A stretch of 64,000 nucleotides of DNA, from positions 4,898,001-4,962,000 of the forward strand of contig JBHGNT010000003.1 of the NCBI GenBank assembly GCA_043228905.1. The letters run 5' to 3'. How positions within the stretch are numbered: position 1 is the first letter of the stretch; each line of letters begins with the position of its first letter. A program made the translations under genes and the position numbers. Shown here one piece after another: positions 23,556 to 38,500 of this stretch. The notes under the pieces were generated by a model that was given only the letters and a program-made list of their open reading frames with translations, was not told the origin of the DNA and made no database searches. This DNA comes from Azolla caroliniana. Its lineage: Eukaryota > Plantae > Polypodiophyta.

Positions 23556-26500
23556 TAATCTAAGCCAGAATACTCAACCAAAGATGGCCCACATGATGTG
23601 GCAAAGGATCATGCATAATGGACCTAGGAATTCGATATATAATTTATGGTGCACATATCAATTTATGTTGCACGTTTATGTTGCACATTTATGGTACTCA
23701 TTTATATAATTAAAACTCTCTACTATTTTCAATGGTAGCTTTTTGCATAGCTAATTTATTAATGGTAGCTTTTTGCAAAAATGACTATTTATCAATGGTA
23801 GCATTTTGCATAGCTAATTAGCTATGTCAAGGACATGGCTAATTGTTTCCACTCGCATGCTTTCACCCATGTAATATATTTCCTCATAAGTAAAACAATA
23901 TTTAATAGAAGAATTAAAAAGTATATATATGTAATCAAATTGAGCACAAGGATTCTATTAGGCTAATTCCTACATCTTATCAAATTCTTAAATCTCATCC
24001 CTAATGTCATACATTACATCCCTAATAAGTTTTTATATCATTTATATGGGTTCTTCCTTCTCACCTTGTAGAATGCATTGAATTAGATTCTCTAGGCATA
24101 ACCTAGATTTTCAAATAGTAAAAAACAGGAATGAACATATCAAGAAGAGCAAGATCTGTAAACAACATAGCTACTTCAACAAACCCTTAGAGGATGTGGG
24201 CTTGTGAACTTGCTCATGAACTTCAACTACATCAAGGGAATGAGACAAGCATAAATGTTGTTTCTTCAACTAAGAGATCTATGGAAATTAGTAGTGTGTG
24301 TGACTCCATTGAAATAGTGGTCATGCAAATGGTCCAAGTCGATGAATGAGAGTAATGGCATTCGAGACTCCATAATCATAACCCAAAACTCAATATTTAT
24401 GAATTCAAAGTGTTGGGCAGCACACAATTTCGAAGTTTTATTAAATGGCATACTCTTGATAATCTATTAGCTAAAAGAACAACTAAAACAATTGTTACAA
24501 CATACTAGCTTAGCTATATATCAGTGTTTCTTGTGAGGTCTATTGGCATTTCTACTTGACATTTACTCTTGTAGGGAGACTCTTGACATTTACTAAACTG
24601 GGCACAGCAACAGAATTTTCTCTCAAAAGAAATGTGAGAAATTAGTAGTTCTTACTGATTTTCCATTGAGCTTTCTGTTAATTTTCCATTGAGCTTTCTG
24701 ATCTTACACCCAAAGTACAGTAATTTACAAGTCAAACAGGATGCAAATGCTCAGTATGATAATTAATTTTCTGACCTCAAGAACTGGCTTGTACTTACAG
24801 TTGACAGAATAAATGCAAGGAGTGAGAAGACAATGAATACTGGAGAGATGCTTAGGATAGCAATTCTTAGGTGATGGTGAAGAAAAGACAATGAATACAT
24901 TTGGGATCAATTTATCTGGTTGCATACCTACACCCAACTGTAGGGAGAGGGAGACCCATCTAAATTGACTGATTTCCAATAAAAAAGACCCCAAATATCT
25001 ATGATATCTGTGAAACCACTAAATTATACATTAATTAACTCTTGGGACATTAAAAATTTGCCCATTAAAGAATATGAATCAAAACTCCTGGGAATAGAAG
25101 AATAGAACAGAGATGGAAACTGTAGGAATCCAATGAATCAAAGCCTACATTCAACAATACGTATAAAATTTGCATCTCTTCTATAAATCACCATATGCAT
25201 CCTTAGTTTGCTCACACAGAGATACCTTCCATATACATGGTTCACCCTACTTGTAGTACCTGCCAGTCCTGTCACACGTCCGTTTCTTCCCAAGTTAATT
25301 GAGCCTCTAAGTATACACCATCGAAAGAGTTATATATGCTGGTTCATGTGGAGTACTACATCAGATTGTCTACAATTTCTGAGCCATAGTATTTAGAGGT
25401 TCATACAAAATTTGAGGGTACAAATCGAGAAATCAGAGTTTCAGAGCATAATGTTGATTAGAAACATATTTCTGAAAATAGAAGTTTGACATTGGGAGCA
25501 TAATGTTGATTAGAAGCTTATTTCTGATAATAGACGTGATCATGTCAAATGGAGAGGAACAGATCGTTTTGGCAATGTGACTGCTAAACAATAGATACTT
25601 TCCAAGAAGGCAGAAGAGATGGGAAGACCTGTCATATTTCTAAACTGCCAGGAGTATGCAAGATGCTAAATTTCATCTTGCTATGCGGCTTTGAATCGAT
25701 GACATTTTCTCATTGGCTTGACAGGCTTACTTTATAATTTTTCTCGTAAACATTTGCAACTAAGAATAATTGTCCCGTTTTGTAACTGATATTAAACAAC
25801 CTTATTCATGTATTCGAATTAAGTTTGCAATGAGATTTTCTGAGTAAATGCATATGTTGCACAGGGTGCACATCTTTCTCTCAATTGAAGTTTTATCTCT
25901 TGATCATCCAATGGAATTATATCTCCTCCCTTCAGTAATTATCTTAACAAAGAAATTAGTGGCTTAATTCTTGTGCTTCATCAATGATGTTGATAACCAG
26001 CCTCTGATTATATGAAAATGCATGGACTTTCCACAGTGAAATAGACTTTATAAATCGCAGTCATAATATACTCAACCTTAACATTTCTTGTTTCCTGATT
26101 TGAACATGATATGGGGTAACATGTGCTTGTCATTATTGGCAGAAATCATGATCAGATGAAACAGGTTGACAGTGACTCGAGAATCTAATTTATAATTTGT
26201 TGAATCTCTAGAGTAGGTGGTATATATAATTACTTCAGAAACTCAGATTTTCACAATGCTGAAGCTGAGAAACGTGAGCATCATTCAATGGGGTAGCAAG
26301 AAATTTCGTCAAAATTTCGTCAGAATCCTACCTGTAGGTTCCAAATGATTTAACAAACTTAAAAAGTTCAAACGATATCCAAGCAACCTGGCATATCTTT
26401 GGGAAAATTTTCATTCAAGGAAAGTTTCAACTAAGAGTTTAACAAAAATAAATTTGCCTTTGAATTTGTTGGCTGAATTATCTGTCCAAGTTATCATGTC

Positions 26501-28484
26501 CAGTCAAGGACATCTTGGTTAACATATTTCAAAAAGCGTTCCAAAGTATTACAATAGGGTTCTCTTATGACATCCGTTCTCAACTTATTAGTGCAGATCT
26601 CTCAACAAGTCTCTTATTCCATGCAATACCTTTAAGATCTATGCTGGAGCTCCAATCTGAAAACTACAAAAATTATATGAAGAGAGAAAGAAAGACACAA
26701 CTATAATCTGCAAGGGAACATGATATTTAAATCCATGCAATGCCTTGAAGATCTATGGTACCAAATGTTGTTACACTAAATTAATAAAATCAAACTTCAC
26801 AAGGTGAACTTAGTGTATGTAAAACCTTTTTTTTATAACTAAGTGGGGCCTAATCAAACAAGAGAATAGAAGAGATAGTTATTGCCTCGGAGGGGCTCTT
26901 CTTTTTCTTTTATTGTCTTTGTAGTGTAAACCCCTAATGTCACATAAGCGATAGAGGGTAAGAAAAGCCAACACTTGGTGATGACATGTAAAATCAATAA
27001 AATCCCTCATCTTTCCTCGCATTCATTTATTTGTGTTTTGACATTAAAATCTATAGTTAAAATCAATGGAATTCCTTCTTTTCTCATTCATATTGAACAT
27101 ATTTGTCATTGGGACATGAAAATATGGTTTCAACTTATTAGAATATTAATACTAGAAATAAGACGTTATTATAAATAACAAACATATTATAAATAAAGAA
27201 ATCAGAATAACTATTGTAACCACCTATTAGCGTAACTTTTGTTCACACAACATTTAGTTACAAAGTTATATTCATGTGAGTTTTGATCACAATGAACATT
27301 CCAATTACAAACTTCCCAATGATCTTGTTGGAGTTGGATATATAGGCTATGTTATTTGAAGAGGTAGGTCTACGGGTAAATTCGTTACTGGAAAGACAAA
27401 AATGCCCCTTACCTCATTCATTCATTCATTCATTCATTCATCATTAACTTATATTTGTGTGTCGGTAATGGGAATTATACAATGATATATGTTAATGTTG
27501 GGCATAGTTTTATAACTTTACTTTCTATGTTTTTGAATCTTCTACTTACCTACGGAACCCTTTTTCCTATAATTGGCCCACAAGATGACCTACATATTAT
27601 CCTAATTTCCTTAGTGACCAAGCAAAAAGTCATGCAAAGGGAAAGGAAACACGACAATAAATTGAAAAGACAAATAATACGCGGAGACTTTCGAGAGACG
27701 ACAAAGATGCTAAAAGGAAATACAAATGGCATGTGCATCAATCAATGAAATTCGTCTTTTTTCTCACTCATATGGAATATGTTTATGTGATTTGAACCAT
27801 TCAAATATAGTTTGAAGTGCATTTCATCAAACACTCTAATGAAGAAATCAGCTTTAGGCTTTAGCTATGGAACATTCTAATGAAGAGATGAACTTTAACT
27901 ATCCTTCTATCCACCTCAGTGCATCAAAACATCAACTTTTTGGATGGCTCCAAAAGTGGATATTAATTTGCATTAACTTTTCTCGGATCAACCAAGTTGA
28001 TGAGAAAGCTCAACTAAGTGGTGCCCAAAGAGCGAAGGAAAGGGAGACAAAGCCATCATGTGATACCTCATAAATACCAAATAAATCAGTAGAACACATC
28101 CCATGATACAATGTGGATATCAAACATTGCCAGATATGATGTTCACACTACCGTAGGATATGGTATGAAACAAAACATATCCCTACGACATATGATACGG
28201 CATCACCATTACTCACATGAATGTAGATGGATATATACATACAATGGAGAAACTTTAATTAACCCCCATCCCAAAATCTACATATACAAGACATGGAACA
28301 CTTAGAAACGTCAACCAACATAATGCGAGACGTTCACAAATCTTCCTCTTATAATATCTACTACTAATTGTATTTTGTAAAAAATAAAAAATCCACTCCA
28401 TAGATACATATAATCAAGTCCTAGATGAGGGACGGCAAGGAAAAGGAAAACGAGAAAAAGAAACCTCTGTCCACACAGTTTTCT

Positions 28485-28521
<37 letters not shown>

Positions 28522-28594
28522 CAGTTAGTTACCCACATTCGTCGTCGTTTTATTAAATCCGTCCATTCTCTTCTCTTCTTGTTCATCGTCTTCC

Positions 28595-31500
28595 ATGGAG
28601 AAAGAGCACCTCCCACCCCCTCACAAACTCATCCAGACGATGTTGCGATCTTATGAGATCAGAGAAGCGCTGGAGAAATCGACAGCAGCTCTTCTCAACC
28701 TCTCATCCTCAACCCCTCGTGATCTGCTCATTAAGCTCGCCGATACCACCAAACTTAGAGAGGGAAAAAAGAATGGGATAGGCTATGATTCATATGGTGA
28801 AGAACGTGGAGCTGGGGAAGTATGGGGGAGGAGCAGAGACACGATGTTGGATGTGGGAGATGCTCAGCTCACTACTACAGTTACGGACCATTTCTCACTG
28901 CTACGGATGGCCATCCTCACTGCTGTCGCCAATCTCACCGGACGACCTCTCCATCTCCTTTTGCAGGATGAATTCAATCTCATAGATGAGGAGGACAGGG
29001 GTTGGGTGGAGGCTCTCTCTCTCGCTGCAGATCGTCATCTGCTTAAGCTCCTCAATGTTGAGAATCTCTTCCTAGTCCATGGTACCACCCCATGGCTGAA
29101 GGAAGATGTAATGATCTCACTTTATGAGTCATATGTCCCTCATGAAAGATGTGGAGCTTGGGAATGGGGGAGCAGAGACATGATGTTCGATTTGGGAGAC
29201 ACTACAGAACAACAACGGATGGCCATCCTCACGGCTGCCGCCAATCTCACCGGTGGAGCTGTCCATCTCCAGTGGAAACTCACGAAAGAGGAGGAGAGGG
29301 GTTGGGTGGAGGCTCTCTCTCTCGCTGCAGATCGTCATGCGGGCCCCACCACCCTCCTCATCAGCTCATATAAATGCAGGGATGCTCTTTTGAGTGCCCT
29401 CAAGAAAAATAAACGCCTCAAACATCTCTCCCTTCAGGGTATGCATATGAGCGATGAGTGCGTGGAGGTGTTACACGACTTCACCTCCCTCACCTCCCTC
29501 CACCTTCACCGTGTGACAGTATCCAAAGAGTTTGTGGGGAAATTGGCGGAGCTTCATCCCTCGTATTCACCCCTCGCAGCCTCTCTCCAGAGACTGCACC
29601 TACATGAGTTACCCATTGACTGGAGAAGGAGCACTGGTTTCCTGCGTCACTGGCCACAGCTCAAAGAGCTCTCTTTAGTAGAAAAATGGCAGCTGATGCG
29701 TTTATTCGGTAAGCTAGCACTGCCAAAGGAAGATATGACAGAGGAGGTGCTAATAGATTTCATGGATCAGCTAGCACCCCCAAAGAAAGGGGCGGAGACA
29801 GTTGGAAGCACCCTCCCTTCATCTCCTCCTCAATTATACAGCCTTCAATTACATTTCTACCTGTCTTTGATGCGCGGATCTGCAACTGCTGCGGTGGTGG
29901 ATGCACTTTCTCGCTCCGGCCTTCCTTTCCTCGAACCTGTTGACCTAGCCCTTGACAGCGCGGCGCAGATGTGGAGGAACCAACGCAATTACATGTTGGG
30001 ATCAGACTTGAAACGAGTGCCTGCGACGTCCATCCGATTGTTCATCTGCGGAGATCCATTCGCAGGTAAAAACATGAATGACCACACTCTCTCAAATATG
30101 GAAATTCAAACAAAATAGATTGATGAGGATAAACACTAACTAACACTTACACTGCATTTTGTTTGGCGCAGGAAAGACTACCCTTGTATCCACCATGCGT
30201 TCCATCTATGGGCGAAAGAGGGATCGGGCGAGATCCCTGTTGACCACCCTGTTTACTGGAGAACGAACAAAAGGAATCGAGGTGCAGGCTATAAAAAAGG
30301 ATGGAATCCGAGTGTCTGTGTGGGACATGGCAGGCCAACAACAGTTCCACGCATTCCATGACTGCATGTTCCCAGACATAGGAACCAGCTCTTATCAGTT
30401 CCCATCCATGTTCATGTTCGTGTGGAGCCCCATGTATAGCGAAAATAGCTACAGAGGAGCAAAGAAAAAAGAGACTGACTTCACAACAAGCTTCAGGTAC
30501 TGGCTTCGGTTTCTCGCCTCCAAAAGCCGTCAGTCCACGATCCCTCTCAGAGTGATCGTGGTATTCACGCGAGCCGACCAAATGGAGTTTGTTACTAGCG
30601 CTCTCTTACATTCCATCGATTCACTCCGATCAGATTTTCAAATGGTGATTGATATCCTCCAGCCTCCTTTCCATGTGGATGCCAGGAAGAATGACGCTGT
30701 CAAAGATGTAGCAGAAACTGTCTTCAGCAATGCCAAAGATATACTCCAAGGTATTCAGCTCTACGACATCTGCACACAGGTAAGCAAACAGTTATCAAAC
30801 CATTTGGAAAACAAAAATGAACGAATCATTACATGGGAGAAATTCAGTGAAATCTGCCATATGGGTCTTCAACATTCCAATACCACCAGTGATAAAGCAA
30901 AGTTAAATGCAATAGCAATGACCTTGAACGAGTCCGGTAACATCATATACATAAACGGAATCCAACACATCATTCTTAATCCCCATTGGTTTTGCAATGA
31001 GATCATGGGCACCCTCATTCATTTCCCAAACTCTAAAGCACATTCTAAAGTGAAGGATACTATTATATTTGAGAAAGGATACATCCCTAAACGTGTCCTG
31101 GAAGAGAAGTTTGAATCCATTACCAAATCTAAAGCGGAGGGTTCCCTGCTGGTACAATTGATGGAATCCATGCACTTATGTTGTAAAGTCCCCAACAGCA
31201 GCGGAGATAAGATCTTTATTCCTGCCATATTGTCCAAGGATGTGGATGGGGAACAACTCCAATGGGCATCAAAGTGTGAAAGCTATTTAGATGATGATAA
31301 TGGCATGTTTGTGTATATGGGCAGAAGGTTAGAATGTGAGGACAATGCCCTTACCTTTCTTACTCCAGGATTGTTTCCAAGGATTCAAGTGTTATTTAAT
31401 AATATCTTCCAATCTCAGGATGACAAAGCTGAGGTCACACTCGGCAAAGATTTTATATCCATATTTTTTCAAGACATGGAGATCATTATCGTTTTCTGCC

Positions 31501-32852
31501 AAGCAAAATCGAACCATGTGATAGATGTGTTGGTTCGGGCTCATCAAAATATTAATAATGAAAAGCATGCACTGAGTATCTTAGCTTTTGTTCAAAAGCA
31601 TATTATTAACATCGTGATCAAAATATGCGCACAACCTAGTGGCGTCCAAGGGGTTACATTGATCGAGAGCGTCATCCGCCCCGATTGCTTATGCGATCCA
31701 TCAAGGGCACAAGATAGAGAAGGTCAATGCCTAGAAATAACTTATTTGAAGAAAGAACTTTGGAATAAACTCGAGCAAGGCAAGGATGAATCGTATGTTT
31801 GGAAAATGACTAAGTTAAAGCCACATTGTCTAAGAAATAACTTAATTGTTCTCTTGGGTTCAGAGTATTATGAGGAGGTCCTCTGGTCATTTAAACAATG
31901 GCTTGCAGTGGATGTAAGGGATGAATTGTTGGAGGATGATTATAATGTCAATGAATCTGGGGAATATCAAAGTTCATGTGAAAATGTGATCATGACGAGC
32001 TTGCAAGAAAATGGCTTGGTGCAAGAATGTCAAACATTAGAAGAGGCAATAAAGTTTCTGGCAACGTCAATTTTAAGTTTACGTCATAAGGTGGATGTCA
32101 TTCATGAAGAGGTCCTCAAGGTACATGATAAGATGGATCAAATGACCAAGAAGCTAGATGAAATGCATAAAGAAATTCAATTTATGAGGAAAGATGTTAT
32201 GAGCAATGTTGAGAAATCTACACGCAAACTATTGAAAATGGCTCTAGAAAATGAGGCGGAGAAACAACTCCCTTGTGTTGCCGTGCTTACAACTAAATAT
32301 TCTGAATCAACCATTGAGAAACTTTTGACATGGGTGCCTAAAGTACTAAGAGGGAAAATTGTGAGAATCCAATTATATTGTGAAGATAGAAATTTGATAC
32401 ACCCGGTGGAAAACCAATTTGGTATCACCCTGACGTCTTTGTCAGACTCTCAAAAAGAAACTCTAGAAAGAGCTCTTCCATATATCAAGGGTTTCTTACA
32501 TGTTTTGACTATAGCTACAAGACTCGGTGTTTCCTCCGTGGCACCTCTGGTAAGATCTTTGGTACCTGATTGCACACGTTACATCGAACTACCAAAACGA
32601 TATCCTATGATACAAAGACATACAAAGAAATTAAAAAAAGATACGTTTCTCAGTACATTAGAGTGTGCTTCCAAAGAGTGGCAAAAGTGCTTAGCCTCTA
32701 TATTAAAAGAAAATGGAGGTCTAACAGATGAAAATATAGCTAAGAAGTTTGGTCTCCAACGTGCCATCTATACTCAAACTCCTGGGAGTACTCAAGTTGC
32801 ATGGTTATGTCAGACACACTACAAAGGAAAAACACCTTTCCGGTTAGGTTGA
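28595..32852 (+). CDS. TORNADO1-like Roco protein (degenerate LRR - Roc GTPase - COR - coiled-coil/C-terminal region), 1383 aa, two exons
   Basis: Exons 28595-30065 and 30172-32852; the intron splits the P-loop RLFICGDPFAG|KTT. G2 RTKGIEV, G3 VWDMAGQQQFHAFHD, G4-like VVFTRAD; COR motifs LNESGNIIY..IILNPHWFC and MGRRLECED..FLTPGLFPRIQV; LRR-like LKHLSLQ, LTSLHLH, LKELSL. Confidence 0.9.
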
Positions 32853-33334
32853 ACCAGATTGTGTGGTGTGTATTCGACTTAATAACATTCTCTTGTTTGT
32901 TTGGAAAGTCTTCTTTTATTGTAAACTTCTATGTGCACTTCCTTCACCAATCCTAAAATATTGGGTTTTGTGACTAATCTCAAGCTTGTTTGTGGATTTG
33001 AAACAAGCATACAATATGTTATTTTCTAATCAACTTGTCTCTTCTAGGTATGTGCAGGAAACACATATCTCTCTCTTGATAGGAGTTGTATCATTTTAAC
33101 GAGATAAAATTAACAAGAGTGATGAGGCTAACAACTTCCCAAGCTCTACCAAGTGGAGGCTAATACTCTATGACTTACTATGTATGCACTGGTGCACTTA
33201 GGTTAGTCTTGTTTGTGAAGATTATTTGATGTTACTCCACGTATTGTGCAGCATAAGTGTGACTGCCTAGAAGACCTGTGATTACATTTGTTTGTTCTCA
33301 TTAAAAGCAATTCTTAATGTTTCACATATGTGTG

Positions 33335-35560
33335 TCCGATTTTCGAGAGGTGATTGACATCCTCCAGCCACCTTTCCGTGTGGATGCTAGGAAGAATGAA
33401 GCTGTAGCAGAATCTGTCTTCAGCAATGCCAAAGATATACTCCAAGGTATTCAGCTCTACGACATCTACACACAGGTAAGCAAACAGTTATCAAAGCATT
33501 TGGAAAACAAAAATGAACGAATCATTACATGGGAGAAATTCGTGGAAATCTGCCATATGGCTCTCCAACATTCCAATCCCATCAGTGACAAAGCAAAATT
33601 AAATGCAATCCCCATGTCCTTGAATGAGTCCGGTAACATCATATACATAAACGGAATCTAGCACATCATTCTTGATCCCCATTGGTTCTGCAATGAGATC
33701 ATGGGAACCCTCATTCATTACCCAAACTCTAAACCAGATTCTAAAGTGAAGGGTACTATTGTCTTTGAGAAAGGATACATCCCTAAATGTGTCTTGGAAG
33801 ACAAGTTTGAATACATTACCAAATCTAAAGCGGAGGGTTTGTTGGTGGTACAATTGATGGAATCCATGCACTTATGTTGTAAAGTCCCCAACAGTAGTGG
33901 AGATAAGATCTTTATTCCTACCATATTGTCCAAGGATGTGGATGGGGGACAACTCCAATGGACATCAAAGTGTGAAAGCTATTTAGATGATGATAACGGT
34001 ATGTTTGTGTATATGGGCAGAAGGTTAGAATGTGAGAACAATGCTTCACCTTTCTTACTCTCGGATTGTTTCCAAGGATTCAAGTGTTATTTAGCAATAC
34101 CTTTCAATCTCAAGATGACAAAGCCGAGGTCACACTCGGCAAAGATTTTATATCCATATTTTTTCAAGACACGGAGATGATCATCGTATTTTGCCAACCA
34201 AAATTGAACCATGTGATAGATGTGTTGGTTCGGGTTGATCAAAATAATAATAATGCAAAGCACACATCGAGTATCTTAGCTTTTGTTCAAAAGCATATTA
34301 TCAACACCTTGATCACAATATGTGCACAACCTAGTGGGGTGCAAGGGGTTAAGTTGATCGAGAGCGTCATCCGTCCTGATTGCTTATGTGATCCATCAAG
34401 GGCACAAGATAGGGAAGGTCAATGCCTAGAAATAACTTATCTGAAGGAAGAACTTTGGAAAAAACTCGAGCAAGGCCAACAACAATCGTATGTTTGGAAA
34501 AGGACTAAGTTAAACCCTCATTATCTAAGAAATGATTTCATTGATCTCTTGGGTTTAGAGTATTATGAGGAGGTCCTCTAGTCATTTAAGCAATGGCTTG
34601 CGGTGGACGTAAGGGATGAATTGTTGGAGGACGATGATGATAAAGTCAATGAATCTGGGGAATATCAAAGGTCACGTGAAAATGTGATCATGACTAGCTT
34701 GCAAGAAAATGGCTTCGTGCAAGAAGGTCAAACATTAGAATCTGAGAAAATGAAGTTTATGGGAAGGTCAATTTTAAGTTTACATCGTGAGGTGGATGCC
34801 ACTTACGAAGAGGTCCTCAAGGTACATGATAAGATGGATCAAATGACCAAGAAGCTAGGTGAAATGCATCAAGAAATTCAATATATGAGGAAAATAGTTA
34901 TGAGCAATGTTCAGAAATCTATAGGCAAGCTATTGAAAATGGCTCTAGAAAATGAGGTAGGGAAACAACTCCCTTGTGTTGCCCTCCTTACATTTAAATA
35001 TTCCAAATCAACCATTGAGGAACTTTTGACATTGGTGCCCAACGTACTTTGGAGAGGACAAATTGTGAGAATCCAATTATATTGTGAAGATAGAAATTTG
35101 ATACACCCCATGAAAAACCAATTTGGTATCACCCTCACCTCTTTGTCAAACTCTCAACAAGAAACTCTAGAAAGAGCACTTCCATATATCAAGGGTTTCG
35201 TTCATGCTTTGGCTACAACTGCCAGACTCGGTATTTCCTTTGTAGCACCTCTTGGAAGCTCTTTGGTACCTGATTGCACACCTCACATCAAACTACCAAA
35301 ACAATATCCTATGATACAAAGACATACGGAGAAATTAAAGAAAGATATGTTTCTCAATACATTAGAGTGTGCTTCCACAGAGTGGCAAAAGTGCTTAGCC
35401 TCTATATTAACAAAAAATGGAGGTCTAACAGATGATAATATAGCTAAGAAGTTTGGTCTCCGGCGTGCAAGGTATAATCAAACTATTGGGAGTACTCAAG
35501 TTGCATGGTTATTTATGTCAAAGACACTTTAAGGGAAAGACACCTTTCCCATTAGGTTGA
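33335..35560 (+). pseudogene. 5'-truncated TORNADO1-like pseudogene (tandem duplicate of the 3' part of 28595-32852)
   Basis: Colinear with ~30627-32852; stops at 33659 and 34579, frameshifts near 34047 and 35515; 3' flank also duplicated. Confidence 0.92.
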
Positions 35561-38500
35561 ATCATGTTGTGCTATGCGGATATGACTAAACAACATTCTC
35601 TCATTTGTTTGGAAAAGCTTCTTTTATTGTAAACTTTTATTTGTACTTCCTTCACCAAACCTAAACGGATTTTGTAACTAATCTCAAGCTTGTTTGTGGA
35701 TTTGAAATAAGTATACAATATGTTATTTTCTAATCAACTTGTCTCTTCTAAGTATGTTGCACTAAGCACATATCTCTCTCTTGATAGGAGTCTAACAACT
35801 TTCCAAGCTCTACCAAGTGGAGGCTAATACTCTCTAACTGACTATGTATGCAGTACTATGCACTAGTGCACTTAGGTTACTCTCTACCAAGTGGAGGTTA
35901 ATACTCTCTGACTTACTATGTATGCAGTACTATGCACTAGTGCACTTATGTTACTATTGTTTGTGAAGATTATTGATTACTCCATGCATAGTGCAGCATA
36001 AGTGTGGCTACCTCCAAAAACTATATACTTTGAGCTATTTGAAACATGTCATTCCATGCATAGTGCGGTTTAAGTGTCAACTTGGAACAAGTGTAGGTTA
36101 CTTTTGCATACACTCCTTAAGCTCTTTGAATGAGAAGGCAACACTTTGGCACACATTTTCACACATTTCCTAAGCTAATTAAACCATGAAGTTAAAATTA
36201 TGTACAGTTTCGCATTTGGAAGCATTTAATAGCAGTTGTGTACAATGGTTAAGCAATTTCAATACAAGAGCCTTGTATACGAGCAATGCTTAATGTTTTA
36301 CATTTCTGTGTCCGTTCTTAATTTATTATGGGAACAACGAGAATTTCTCTGATTTAATCATGATGTACTCACTTTCTCACTCATCGTGATATGGAGGTAG
36401 AAAGCATACGCTCTCTTAATTAATGGAAGAAATAGAGAAGCAGCCTACTATCATCAAGCTTCGATATCGAGAGTCCATGCCTTTTTGGATATGGATACAC
36501 GATCAGATCATTCTATGGTTTCTTGTTTGCAAGAATCTCCTGTAAATAATCGTCCTTGAAATCTATCCCACAAAAGAAGAACTCTTCACATAAAACCTTC
36601 AATCCAATAGAGTGTCTATGACTTGAGCTCGCTTTTTGCCTCCACGATGTTAATTTAACATGCAGCAATCAGAGAGGGAGCTACTTGAACATTACCCTTC
36701 TTGTTCCTGTATCAAAAGTTTGAGTTCACCCTTTTTAAAGAAGCCAGACAATACCATCCACAACTCTACCTTCCCTGTTTGACAAACGGTTGTAATTTGT
36801 GCCACAAACTCGTTATGGAAGCTTTGAGACCCAAGTGTAGACATTCAAACCATTATTTAGATGACATTCTTGGATAAGACAGTCCACAAGATTATGTAGA
36901 TAGAAATAATATTTATTTACTTGGAAGAATCAAGATGTAGATAGAAATAATATTTATTTACTTGGAAGAATCAAGATGGTTGAGTAATACATCTTGCATT
37001 CATTGAGTGAATAGTCTCTGTGAGGCAGAACAGGCTGGATGGTCAATTGATCTATACTTTAGAAATGACCGAATTCCAATTATTTTAGAAAGTACTTGGT
37101 AGAATTGGGGAAGATGGAAGATGAATAATTGGTTTCTGCTATTACTATCCGGAGAAATAATTTTAGTCTCTTCCCATCCTTGAACCATTTCTACATATAT
37201 GGAGTTCCTCTTCCATTCCTTGTGTGGGCCTCTTTAAATGTCTTTAAATCAACAATGAGAGTTTCAAATTAATTTCTGGAAAAGCAAAGGAATAGGACAT
37301 AAGTGAACAAGATAATTAGGGCATCTATATGCAGAAACAGCAAAAACTTACCCAATAATAATTCTCTTTTCTCCAGAATCTTCATTATTGGGAACTAGAG
37401 AATTGAAGTATGATCGAGATTCCATACTATACTTCCCCATTGTCAGACACTCTGCTCAGTAATTTATCAATCCTAGAATTGGGGATGATGGATTGTATTT
37501 CTTTACCTAGTAAAATGGATATAGAATCCCACTAATTTTTGAGAAAGTTATTAAAGCATTAGTGCAATAGATGCAACTTAGATCAAATACGACTATATAA
37601 AGAAAGACATAAGTTTTGGGTGGGATACCTACTAAAAAGGTACCTAAAACACTGTGAACTCCCAACTCAAACCTCATCTACACTTGCACCCACCCACCTA
37701 AAGTCATACATTATGGCTTGAAACCCCATATTGACATGAACCAAATCTACATTCAAAAATCATATCCTAACCAAATCTATTGTTCCATTTTCAAACCTAA
37801 AGAATATCTTATTTAAAACCTCATTTATCTTGTGCAAAGTAAAGCATATAACTTAATCAAACCTACCCTACCTTCTTTAAACCGGCATAAACCATGGCTA
37901 AACCTATTTGTGAATTCATCTCAAATCCATCTAAAGGCATAACTACATTCAGAAAACCATAAACCCGCATAAACCATGGCTAGAGATATTTGCGAATTCA
38001 TCTCAAATCCATCTAAATGCATAACTACATTCAAAAAACCACACAAACAATACATCTCTCCTAATCTAATCTGCCGTAACAACCCACAAAAGAGCATCAT
38101 CTGAAATAGGGGTCCATCAAACACTAATCCAAAAAATGATCTACCAAATACAAGTAATGAAAAAATGGAAAGGAAAAACTGAATCAAATAAAATTATGGA
38201 AAAGATCCAGGAAAACCTAAAACAAATACAACTATGAAAGGACACACATTCTATCAAGCGTATGAGAACTACTCAAAATATGAAAATTTGATTGGGACTC
38301 AAATACGAAAGCATTAGAGAGAAACAAAATGACAATTAAATAAAGAAATAAATTACATCAAAAGCTTCGTGCCAGAATTCACCAAAGTTGACGATAACTG
38401 TGTGTATACATTCCAAATGAGACTGGGGGCTCTCTTCTTTCTTCAGATCAGAAATCTCTATTCAGAAAATGGGCACTCTTCACTTTCTGCTCTGTTTCTT

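Larger units (their letters stand above)
11756..23868 (-). mobile_element. Sola2-like DNA transposon, copy B (truncated; interrupted by the nested element 12230-21191)
   Basis: 11756-12229 matches ~1503-2020 and 21192-23868 matches ~2017-4650; same terminus (...TTTCACCC|ATGT) and same downstream flank. Confidence 0.85.

Noticed and set aside
30159-30171. Separate genes for the 507-aa and 897-aa ORFs (likewise 415-aa and 890-aa)
   Set aside because: They are two exons of one gene; the intron splits the P-loop.
28595-32852. Assigning the gene symbol TRN1
   Set aside because: Architecture is TRN1-like but multicopy and divergent; orthology cannot be shown without a phylogeny.
36400-37470. Possible exon fragments of an unrelated gene (also ~24720-26640)
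   Set aside because: Splice-like signals are present but frames are broken and no recognisable domain was found.
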